DNA from: a virus
Taxonomy: Duplodnaviria > Caudoviricetes
Strand: one strand, 5' to 3'
IMG/VR virus record: IMGVR_UViG_3300044247_000057
Location: 1 to 64,000 of that record
Length of the DNA: 64,000 nt
Shown here in pieces: positions 36,304 through 44,694 of this stretch (its first letter is position 1; every line of letters starts with the position of its first letter). Position numbers and translations under genes: made by a program. The notes beneath the pieces are model-generated. The model was not told the DNA's origin. It saw only the letters and a list, made by a program, of their open reading frames with translations, and did no database searches.

Positions 36304-36521
36304 AGCCTCTGCACAACCCCGTAGGTGACTGGGCAGCTGCCCTCGTGGTTGCGGTAGGTCTGTCTGTCGTGATATTGGCCATCGTCGTGACAGTGCTCAT
36401 ATCCTGAAGTGACGGCGTCCTGGAGTGAACGGTCTGACCCCCCGAGCAGACCATCCCTCCTCCAGGGCGTTTTCCACGTCCTGCGTTGCTAGCCCTGAGA
36501 GACTGATCCGCAGGAGGACCG

Positions 36522-38351
36522 ATGTCGACTGAGTACGTGAACCCACCGGCAGGCGGGTATCCGGAGATCATTGACGTCGCCGTGGACGGCGAAGCCAAGA
36601 AGATCCCGGTCGGTCCGCCCTTTGTCGAGCTCGGTGGCACCGGCCTGAAGCGGTCCACCGGAGTCATCGACGAGGAGTTCCTGCCCGCGCTACGCGGGAC
36701 CAAGGGCGTCAAGGTCTTCACCGAGATGTCGCAGAACGATGCGACCATCGGTGCTCTGCTCTTCACCATCGAGAAGCTGCTGCGTGAGGTCACCTGGACG
36801 GTGGTGGGGGACGACTCCTCCCCCGAGCAGGCGAAGGCGGTGCAGTTCGTCGAGGAGTGCATCGACGACATGTCCCACAGCTTCGACGACCTGGTGGCGG
36901 AGATCCTGAGCATGCTCCCCTATGGGTGGAGCTGGCACGAGATCGTCTACAAGAAGCGCATCGGTCCCTGGGAGAACGACGGGCGAAGGCGCAGCAAGTT
37001 CACGGACGGCAAGATCGGCTGGCGCAAGATGCCGATCAGGGCCCAGGAGACGCTGCATCGCTGGCTGTTCGACGACACGGGTGGCATCAAGGGCATGGTG
37101 CAGATCCCGGCCCCCACCTACACCCAGCGCACGCTGAGCATCGAGCGGTGCCTGCTGTTCCGCACGGGCGCGCACAAGGGCAACCCCGAGGGTCGCTCCA
37201 TCCTGCGCAACGCCTACCGGCCCTGGTTCTTCAAGAAGCGGCTGGAGGAGTTCGAGGCCATCGGTGTGGAGCGTGACCTGGCCGGTCTACCCTTCGCCAA
37301 GGTCCCCAGCCAGATCATGAAGCCGGACGCGACGCCGCAGCAGAAGCAGCTGTTCACGGCGTTCAAGCGCCTGGTGAGCAACGTCCGAAGGGACGAGCAC
37401 GACGGTGTGGTCATCCCCTCGGACGTGGACCCGGACACCAAGACGCCAGAGTACGACTTCCAGCTGTTGAGCTCGGGTGGTGGCAAGACCTTCGACACCA
37501 ACGCCCTGATCGAGCGGTACAGCACCGAGATATTGATGACCGTGCTGGCCGACTTCATCAAGGTTGGTCACCAGGGAACGGGCTCCTACGCCCTCCATGT
37601 GGACAAGACGGGCATCTTCCGGGCCGCGCTGAACAGCATCGCCCAGGGCATCGCGGACGTGTTCAACCGCCATGCCATCCCCCGGCTGTTCGCCATGAAC
37701 CAGTGGAAGCTGGACAAGCTCCCCCGGATCGAGCCCAGCAACGTCGACCCGCCCAACCTGGCTGAGCTGGGTGCCTTCATGCAGACCATGGCCGGACTGG
37801 GGATGACCTTCTTCCCGGACCCGGACCTGGAGAAGTTCCTGCGCGAGGCCTCGCACCTGCCCGATCTCCCCCAGGAGGTGGAGGAGATGCGGCGGGAGGA
37901 GGCCGACATGCAGAACGCCATGGCCTTCGAGGGCGCGAAGCAGAAGCAGCAGATGGTGGCCGAGGGGATGACCCCGGAGCAGGCTGAGATGCAGGCCCAG
38001 GCCCCCACACCCGAGATGCAGGAGCAGGAGCAGGCCGGGGCCATGCAGCAGCAGGAGATGGATGCCCAGGGCAAGCAGATGGACATGGACATCAAGGGCC
38101 GCGACGCCGAGCTGAAGATGCAGGGCCAGAAGCAGGGTCTGGAGATCGACGGCAAGTCCAAGCGGCAGGCCCTGGAGCACGACCGCAGGGCCAAGGATCT
38201 GGAACACCGGCACAACAAGCGGTCCAAGGACCTGGAGTACACCCACAAGAAGCGCATCAGTGAGCTGAGCATCCGGGAGAAGAAGGAAGCCATGAAGCAG
38301 CGGCCCAAGGCGAACGAGCCCAAGAAGACCTTCCCGAAGAAGAAGAAGTGA
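36522..38351 (+). CDS. portal protein with long C-terminal helical extension
   Basis: ELGGTGLKR...EEFLPALRG...EM..ND..IGA, GRSILRNAYRPW, IGVERDLAGLP (DUF935/Mu gp29-like portals). Confidence 0.9.
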   Translation: MSTEYVNPPAGGYPEIIDVAVDGEAKKIPVGPPFVELGGTGLKRSTGVIDEEFLPALRGTKGVKVFTEMSQNDATIGALLFTIEKLLREVTWTVVGDDSSPEQAKAVQFVEECIDDMSHSFDDLVAEILSMLPYGWSWHEIVYKKRIGPWENDGRRRSKFTDGKIGWRKMPIRAQETLHRWLFDDTGGIKGMVQIPAPTYTQRTLSIERCLLFRTGAHKGNPEGRSILRNAYRPWFFKKRLEEFEAIGVERDLAGLPFAKVPSQIMKPDATPQQKQLFTAFKRLVSNVRRDEHDGVVIPSDVDPDTKTPEYDFQLLSSGGGKTFDTNALIERYSTEILMTVLADFIKVGHQGTGSYALHVDKTGIFRAALNSIAQGIADVFNRHAIPRLFAMNQWKLDKLPRIEPSNVDPPNLAELGAFMQTMAGLGMTFFPDPDLEKFLREASHLPDLPQEVEEMRREEADMQNAMAFEGAKQKQQMVAEGMTPEQAEMQAQAPTPEMQEQEQAGAMQQQEMDAQGKQMDMDIKGRDAELKMQGQKQGLEIDGKSKRQALEHDRRAKDLEHRHNKRSKDLEYTHKKRISELSIREKKEAMKQRPKANEPKKTFPKKKK

Positions 38352-39394
38352 GCACCGCCGACATCCTGCGACAGCAGGGGGTGGACGTCCGGCTGGTGAT
38401 GAAGGCGGCCAGGGACGACAACCAGCACAAGCGTGCTGGCGGTGGTGCCATGGTCGGGGCAGGCGGCGTCGCTGCTGCCGGTGGCTTCGCTGGTGGCGGG
38501 GTTCCGGGACTGAAGTCGGACCGTCTGCTGATGGACGTCACGGGTGCGGCCAACCGGCGCGAGAAGGTGAAGATGGCTGCGCGGGCGTACAAGGGCGGGG
38601 AGTTCGGCTACCGGACCAACGCCCACCACACGCACCAGGCCTTCAACCTCAGCGATACCAAGGCTGCTCCCGATGCTTCTCGGGTTGCTCATCTCAAAGC
38701 CGCCCACAACGCCGGACAGAGTGCTGCCGAGACCAAGATCATCCGGCACCTGAAGGTGGCCCGGAAGGGGTCGCACGCTGCCCTGGTGGGTGGTGCCGGT
38801 CTGACCGCCCTGGGTGTGCACCGCATCCGGCAGGCGAAGAAAAACAAGGCACAGCCGGTCTCCAAGGCGGAGAAGAAGGGTGACACCGCCTTCGGTGCCG
38901 CCCTGGGTGCCGGTGCTGCGACGGCTGGGGTCAGTGTGGGTGGTGCCCGGGCGCTGGAGCACCACGGGCGCAAGTGGTCCCGCTCAGCTGCTGCTGACCT
39001 GGATGAGGCGCACAAGATCATCCCGAACTCGGGCGGGCACAAGGTCAACCCCTTCCCGGGCAAGACGAACCCCCGGGTGCCCGACATCGGCCCGGAGAAG
39101 GGCGAGTCGAAGGTCTGGCGGGACCCGAAGATCCTGGCGGGGAAGTCCAAGGCCCAGGCCGCGAAGGTGGGAGAGCTGCGCGGGAACGCCATGAAGAGCC
39201 GCTACTTCGCCGGGGTGTACGGGAAGATGGGTGGAGCTGTTCGCCGCATCCGTAACCCTGCCATCGGGGTGGCCACGGTGGGTGCGGGCGGTCTGGCGGT
39301 GACCCATCACAAGAAGAAGGACAAGGTCGCCAAGTCCCTGTTCGAGCTCCGTGTGGAGTCGATGCACCCAAAAGCACAGTCAGCAAGGGGGTAG
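38348..39394 (+). CDS. basic Gly/Ala-rich putative internal virion protein A
   Basis: Hydrophobic G/A helices flanked by K/R clusters; VMK-A, VSK-A, VAK-S motifs. Confidence 0.75.
   Translation: MSTADILRQQGVDVRLVMKAARDDNQHKRAGGGAMVGAGGVAAAGGFAGGGVPGLKSDRLLMDVTGAANRREKVKMAARAYKGGEFGYRTNAHHTHQAFNLSDTKAAPDASRVAHLKAAHNAGQSAAETKIIRHLKVARKGSHAALVGGAGLTALGVHRIRQAKKNKAQPVSKAEKKGDTAFGAALGAGAATAGVSVGGARALEHHGRKWSRSAAADLDEAHKIIPNSGGHKVNPFPGKTNPRVPDIGPEKGESKVWRDPKILAGKSKAQAAKVGELRGNAMKSRYFAGVYGKMGGAVRRIRNPAIGVATVGAGGLAVTHHKKKDKVAKSLFELRVESMHPKAQSARG
39367..39373 (+). other. candidate -1 ribosomal frameshift heptamer C-CCA-AAA
   Basis: XXXYYYZ in correct phase; GGAG 8 nt upstream; -1 frame open into ORF 39460..40782. 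Confidence 0.6.
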
Positions 39395-40782
39395 GCCTTG
39401 CGGGTCTGGTCGAGAACGCTGCCACCGCCACCGCTGGCAGCGTAGGCCTCAGTGAAGCCGTGCGGCGGAAGCGGCGGCGCAAGCGGGCCAAGGTCGCCAA
39501 GTCCTTCATCAACGGCAAGTTCGTCCGGGCCGTCGATCTGGGTGCCAAGCAGAAGCACAAGATCCGGACGGTGAACCAGTACGCCCAGTCCAAGGGCGCT
39601 CTGGGCAACCGCTCCGACCCCGTGCTGTCGGGCTACCGGAAGAAGATCGAGACCGAGGCAGGTCCCTTGCGGGAAGCCTTCAAGACCGGCGACCAGGCCA
39701 AGCTGGCTGAGTTCGGCGAAAAGGCTGGTTTCGACGCCTTCGCCCACCGGATGGGGGGCAAGGGCGGCGGCAAGTCCATGGTTCACATCACGCCCAAGAA
39801 CGAGTACAAGGAGAAGTTCGTCAGCCAGTCGATGGGTGAGAAGTCCCACGGCCACCTCGGCAGACACGAGGCCGCGCACGCCTCGACGAAACGATCCGAG
39901 TACCGGTTGCACGGTCAGATCCCGGCCAGCATGAAAAAGCACGGTCGGGAGGAGGGGCGGGCCGACTTCATCGCCAGTGGTCACTACAGGGGCGCTGGAC
40001 ACAAGCCCACGGAGTTGGGTGAGGCACCTTCCGGCTACTCCAATGCCGTCCAGCAGTGGGAGAAGCCTGGGTTCAAGAAGAAGACCATCCCTGAGGCGCG
40101 CAAAGCCCACGTGGAAGCGGGTGCTTCGTCCAAGGAGTTCGACCGGACCATCAAGGGTCAGAACAACTGGAACAAGGGCTACCGCCAGGTGCACGAGAAG
40201 ATGCAGGCGGCCAAGACCGCCCGCACCGTCAAGCCCCAGGTCGCTCCCAGGCCGGTGGCCGAGCCTGCCCCCACTCCCGCACGGCCCGCGTACATCCCCG
40301 GACCAGGACCTCAGACCGCTCCCAAGCCAGGTCGGTTCAAGCGGATCTTCAGCCGCAAGGACCGGGTGGGCAAGGCCTACACAGTGAGGAAGGCAGACAT
40401 GGAGTTCCCGATGAAGGGGGAGATCGCCAAGATGCTCCCCACCATGGCTGAGAGGAAGCTCATGGTGGCGGATAACAAGCTGCGGCGGGCTGCCGACAAG
40501 GTGACCCAGAAGGCCCACTTCAAGGCCCAGAAGACGGCGCAGAAGACAGCGCTCGGCACCACGAGGCAGATGACCAGGGACTTCAAGGCTGCCAATCCGG
40601 GGAGGAAGACGACGGCGCAGTTGCAGGAGCACCACGACGCCGTGAAGGCGGTGCGCGATCAGCACTGGGCCCAGAAGCAGTCCGGGATCATCGCCCACAA
40701 CAAGCGCCCGGGGAAGATGCGCAGCCAGTGGGCTGGAGACCCCAACCTGCCCGGCACGCGCACCACGATGTTCGGTGGCTGA
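39373..40782 (+). CDS. HExxH metallopeptidase-domain virion protein (probably the frameshifted C-terminal part of protein A)
   Basis: HEAAH (39865-39879) with downstream EEGRAD; no credible own RBS/start; VAK-S, VGK-A, VRK-A motifs. Confidence 0.65.
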   Translation, partial: STVSKGVGLAGLVENAATATAGSVGLSEAVRRKRRRKRAKVAKSFINGKFVRAVDLGAKQKHKIRTVNQYAQSKGALGNRSDPVLSGYRKKIETEAGPLREAFKTGDQAKLAEFGEKAGFDAFAHRMGGKGGGKSMVHITPKNEYKEKFVSQSMGEKSHGHLGRHEAAHASTKRSEYRLHGQIPASMKKHGREEGRADFIASGHYRGAGHKPTELGEAPSGYSNAVQQWEKPGFKKKTIPEARKAHVEAGASSKEFDRTIKGQNNWNKGYRQVHEKMQAAKTARTVKPQVAPRPVAEPAPTPARPAYIPGPGPQTAPKPGRFKRIFSRKDRVGKAYTVRKADMEFPMKGEIAKMLPTMAERKLMVADNKLRRAADKVTQKAHFKAQKTAQKTALGTTRQMTRDFKAANPGRKTTAQLQEHHDAVKAVRDQHWAQKQSGIIAHNKRPGKMRSQWAGDPNLPGTRTTMFGG

Positions 40783-41639
40783 TGCCCGACGCAGATCTGA
40801 CCTTCCGAGTGGGCCTGAAGGTCAACCAGATGCCTAAGACCAACCTGCTGCAGAACGCCGTCTACGAGTCCATCGACCGCAAGTGGTACCTGTGTCAAGC
40901 CCAGGACGCGGGAGCTCGGGACCGGGAGCACAGCATGATCCGGCGCTTCTCCCGCACGGGCACGTTCGAGGGCACCACCAAGTGCGAGCTGTTCGGCCAC
41001 GGCAACCAGATCGGGGTGCGCAAGTCAGCCGCAGGCAACGTCTGGATCTGGGTGCCGATGGACTCTTACAACGGCTCCGGTCACACCACCAGCACCAAGC
41101 CTGCTCGGGTCGTCTTCGAGAAGGGCTCTACCCGGGTGCGCAAGGAGTCGGCGGTGGTCGACATCTATGACGGTGGGCTGGCTAACCAGGGCTTCGGGCT
41201 GTCGGCGGAGAACCCCGGCATCCTCTACCTGCGGAAGGGCCACTCCGGCTCCGAGACCTACCGGATGGTGGACGAGGAGGCCTACCGCAAGGGCAACGGC
41301 AAGTCCAAGGTGTACGGCGAGGTCGAGGTCTCCAAACACAACCGGGGGAAGTACTTCCAGGGCTGTGGGGCAGGCGGGGACACTCTGGCCGTGCTGTCCG
41401 GCTCCACTGGTCACAACCAGTACATCGACGTCTACAGCTTCGAGAAGCGCAAGAAGCTGACCCGGCTGACCATCCCGATAAGCCAGATCTACCGCTGCCT
41501 GAAGAGCGGTGGAGCCACCTACAGCAGTGCCGAGGCCGAGGGCCTGCAGTTCATCGACGGTGCCCTGTACATGGGTGCCCGCTCGGGCCCACCGGGGAAG
41601 AAGCGCGACTTCTCCATCATGGAGGTGTCCGGATGGTGA
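40782..41639 (+). CDS. beta-propeller protein (P68 RBP/TagC-like)
   Basis: LQNA...WYLCQ...FGHGNQIGV...VWIW...AEAEGL pattern. Confidence 0.6.
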   Translation: MPDADLTFRVGLKVNQMPKTNLLQNAVYESIDRKWYLCQAQDAGARDREHSMIRRFSRTGTFEGTTKCELFGHGNQIGVRKSAAGNVWIWVPMDSYNGSGHTTSTKPARVVFEKGSTRVRKESAVVDIYDGGLANQGFGLSAENPGILYLRKGHSGSETYRMVDEEAYRKGNGKSKVYGEVEVSKHNRGKYFQGCGAGGDTLAVLSGSTGHNQYIDVYSFEKRKKLTRLTIPISQIYRCLKSGGATYSSAEAEGLQFIDGALYMGARSGPPGKKRDFSIMEVSGW

Positions 41640-41818
41640 CCGACGAGATCTCCAAGGACCTGGCCAACCACTGGTACTACTCCACGGCCTGCCTGCACGA
41701 GAGACACGACGCCTGTCGAGAGACCTGCAAGTTCTGCCATGACCCCTGTCACTGCGTCTGCCATCCAGACGCCGCCGAGACAATGATCTCCAGGAGAAAG
41801 GTCGCTCACATCGAGTGA
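41633..41818 (+). CDS. small Cys/His-rich protein
   Basis: HWYYSTACLHERHDAC...CKFC...CHCVCH. Confidence 0.7.
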   Translation: MVTDEISKDLANHWYYSTACLHERHDACRETCKFCHDPCHCVCHPDAAETMISRRKVAHIE

Positions 41819-41845
41819 CCCGGGGGCTCCGACAAGGAGAACCCA

Positions 41846-42970
41846 ATGCTCAGAGCCCTGGTGATCGCTGTCCTCTTCCTGTTCATGGGAGGCAGCGCCG
41901 CCCAGGCTCAGCCTCCTCGACCTGGTCTGTGCACCGGTCTGACGGGGGACGCACTGACCAAGTGCCTGTACTCCGACACCGACGACCGGCTCAGGGCTCT
42001 CGGGTCTGTCCCCACCACTGCGCCCACCTCGCCCACGACTGCGCCCACCACAGTCGCACCCACCACTGCTCCGCCGACGACCGCACCACCAGCCTCTGGT
42101 GACTGGCTGAGCGGGGCCAGCGGTACGGAGGCAGCCAACGGCACCTTCGGCACCTGGCGGGGCACTCCTGTCGAGATCGCCACCTTCTGGATCAACGACC
42201 CGGCCCTCTACCCCATCGGACCCAAGATCTCCGGCTGTGGGGGCTGCGGGGAGTGGGCTGGGTTCAACGGCCCGGTCAGCATCAGCTCCTCACCCGCCAA
42301 CTGGCAGGGCTGGTCCGCTGAGGCCAACGGTGCCAACGACACCTTCTGGACCGCTGTGGCGCGCAAGGCGAAGGAGCTGCGTACAGGCAAGGGGCAGGTC
42401 TACATCAACCCCTACTACGAGTTCAACGGGGACTGGATGCCGTACTCGGTGGCTCGTACCACCCAGGGGCAGACCGACTTCCGGAACGCCTTCGCCCGCA
42501 CCTCGGCCATCCTGCGACGGGAGTTCCCGGGTGTGAAGGTCGTCATCAACCCCGGTGCCGGACGCACGGTGCCGGATGCCATGTGGCCCGCCAAGGACGC
42601 CTTCGACGTGGTAGGGATCGACACGTACAACGAGTGGCCATGGTGCGGGACAGCCTCCTGCCAGGGCACCCAGATCGCCCGGATCGAGACCTTGCGGCTG
42701 CAGGCAGCTGCGCGGGGGAAGCCGATCTCGTTCCCGGAGTGGGGCAACTCCTCCGTCGCCTCCTCTGCGGGTGGCGGAGGAGACAGTCCCGCCTTCATCG
42801 ACGCCTTCCACACCTACCTGCGCGACCACGCGGGTACGGGCGCGGGGCAGGTGGTGTACGAGACCTACTTCAACGTGGGTGGCTACGACGCTCACTACGA
42901 GCTCTACCTCAACGGCGCAGTCAACATTCGCCAGCCACAGACGGCGGCTCAGTACCGAGCGAGGTTCTGA
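41846..42970 (+). CDS. secreted glycoside hydrolase family 26-like enzyme
   Basis: Signal peptide, Pro/Thr linker, YYEFNGDW (acid/base), DVVGIDTYN, KPISFPEWG (nucleophile). Confidence 0.8.
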   Translation: MLRALVIAVLFLFMGGSAAQAQPPRPGLCTGLTGDALTKCLYSDTDDRLRALGSVPTTAPTSPTTAPTTVAPTTAPPTTAPPASGDWLSGASGTEAANGTFGTWRGTPVEIATFWINDPALYPIGPKISGCGGCGEWAGFNGPVSISSSPANWQGWSAEANGANDTFWTAVARKAKELRTGKGQVYINPYYEFNGDWMPYSVARTTQGQTDFRNAFARTSAILRREFPGVKVVINPGAGRTVPDAMWPAKDAFDVVGIDTYNEWPWCGTASCQGTQIARIETLRLQAAARGKPISFPEWGNSSVASSAGGGGDSPAFIDAFHTYLRDHAGTGAGQVVYETYFNVGGYDAHYELYLNGAVNIRQPQTAAQYRARF

Positions 42971-42996
42971 CCGAGACAGTTCCGGGAGAATGAGGT

Positions 42997-43575
42997 ATGC
43001 CTTGGGAACAAACCGGCAGTGGCTACAAGACGAGTCGTGGTGGCTTCGTCAAGAACCCCGCTCAGTACGAGAAGCTGCGGGGCAAGGGCATGTCCAAGGA
43101 ACGAGCGGCACGGATCGTCAACAAGGAGCTGAGGATGAAGGATCCCATCGAGATCATGAAGGCTGATGCTCTCTGGCGTCGTGACGACGAGGACATCGAG
43201 AAGGGCATCTTCGGTGGTCTGGCCCAGGGGCTGAAGCGCACCCAGGCCATCGGTCCGATGCAGCGCGGCACTCAGGCTGGCTTCAACGCCGGTACTGCTA
43301 TCCGCAGCGCGGGCAGCAAGGTCGCGGGTGCGTTCAGGCGGACTGGTGGTCAGGTGAAGGCCGGTGCCCAGACCGCCCACGGTCCACTGCCTGCCACTGC
43401 CCCCACGGCCACCAAGGTCGGACAGCAGGCTGCACGCGCCCCGGGTCGTCTGGTGGCGGCAGTCAAGGAGCGTCCCAAGACGGCCATCGGCGTAGGCGCT
43501 GCCACAGCCGGGCTTGCTGGTGGCGGTGCCTACACGGCTGGGCGCACCCACAAGAAGCGGACAGGTCGTCCCTGA
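42997..43575 (+). CDS. basic putative internal virion protein
   Basis: IMK-A, IEK-G motifs; C-terminal G/A helix plus basic tail. Confidence 0.7.
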   Translation: MPWEQTGSGYKTSRGGFVKNPAQYEKLRGKGMSKERAARIVNKELRMKDPIEIMKADALWRRDDEDIEKGIFGGLAQGLKRTQAIGPMQRGTQAGFNAGTAIRSAGSKVAGAFRRTGGQVKAGAQTAHGPLPATAPTATKVGQQAARAPGRLVAAVKERPKTAIGVGAATAGLAGGGAYTAGRTHKKRTGRP

Positions 43576-43576
43576 G

Positions 43577-44452
43577 ATGTACGGGCTGGTCTCCAAGGCT
43601 GACCTGGCGCGCAGCCAGTGGGCCGACGTGAGCAAGAACCTGGTGGAGTTCCAGAATCCGGGCAGGTCCAAGAAGCAGCGGGCCACCGAGGCAGCTGGAG
43701 CGACGGTCGCCACAGGCGGGGCCACTGCCGCCGTGGGTGGTCTGCTGTCCCGCAGACGCGCTCTCGGGCTGGCAGGTAAGTCTGAGGAGGCAATCAAGCA
43801 GCCGAGGATGCAGATGGTCGCCCGCGCCGAGCACACTGCTCGTGCGGGGGCCGAGAGGCTGCATGCTGCCCGAGCAGGAAAGGCCTCCAAGATCGGGGCA
43901 GGGGTGACCGCTGTCGGTCTGGGTGGACTGGCCTACAGCCAGAGGGGCAAGCGGAAGAAGGTCGAGTTCGGCAAGGCCCTCACCAAGAAGGAGAGGGAGG
44001 ACCGGAAGGGTCCTCAGCTCCCCAAGAACCCGGTGGTGACCGGAGGCCTGGGACTGGGTGCGGCAGGAGCTGGTCTCTTCGGCGCTACCCGTCCGGTGTA
44101 CTGGAACCAGCGGAAGAAGTCCGTAGCAGCAGAGGGTGTCTCCTCGGCGGCCTGGAAGGAGGCCAAGGGCCATCAGGCAGCTGGTCATGAGGCTCAGAAG
44201 CTCTCGCAGAAGCGCAAGAGCACGACGTCTCCAGGGGATGCCCTGAGGCACTTTGCGGCCCATGACGAAGCTCTGGGCAGGGCCCAGAAGTACTCCACCA
44301 TGTCCACCGACGCCAAGGCCGGTGCGCTGAAGACCGCCAAGCTCGGACGCAAGGGACTGATCGGTGCGGTCGGAGGAGCGACCGCTGTGGGTGCTGGGCT
44401 GGGCTACGACAAGTACCAGAAGCGCAAGGCGCGCCAGGCTGAGCAGATGTGA
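43577..44452 (+). CDS. basic Gly/Ala-rich putative internal virion protein
   Basis: Starts MYGLVSK-AD; four G/A hydrophobic segments each followed by K/R clusters; FGK-A. Confidence 0.75.
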   Translation: MYGLVSKADLARSQWADVSKNLVEFQNPGRSKKQRATEAAGATVATGGATAAVGGLLSRRRALGLAGKSEEAIKQPRMQMVARAEHTARAGAERLHAARAGKASKIGAGVTAVGLGGLAYSQRGKRKKVEFGKALTKKEREDRKGPQLPKNPVVTGGLGLGAAGAGLFGATRPVYWNQRKKSVAAEGVSSAAWKEAKGHQAAGHEAQKLSQKRKSTTSPGDALRHFAAHDEALGRAQKYSTMSTDAKAGALKTAKLGRKGLIGAVGGATAVGAGLGYDKYQKRKARQAEQM

Positions 44453-44694
44453 CCAGGAAGCAGAAGGTTCGACAGTTCCCGACCAAGGACGAGGCCTACG
44501 CCCTGGGTCGGAATGCCCAACGGCTGATGCCCGGGAACAAGGGCAAGGTGATCAACGCCGGGTTGACGATGGCAGAGGAGACGAACAAGCGACTCATCCC
44601 CATCGTCGTCCAGAAGGACTCTCCTGCCGGACCCGATGTCGGTACGTTGAAGGCCTTGCGAGTAGTGAGGAGAAAGAAGCGTGCCCGCAGCTGA
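44449..44694 (+). CDS. small basic protein
   Basis: GTGA overlap; VVQK-D; ends RVVRRKKRARS. Confidence 0.6.
   Translation: MTRKQKVRQFPTKDEAYALGRNAQRLMPGNKGKVINAGLTMAEETNKRLIPIVVQKDSPAGPDVGTLKALRVVRRKKRARS

Noticed and set aside
36300-36407. Hydrophobic mini-ORF after the holin
   Set aside because: The frame has a TM-like stretch but no convincing start codon or RBS (in-frame stop at 36264; only CTG or an internal GTG).
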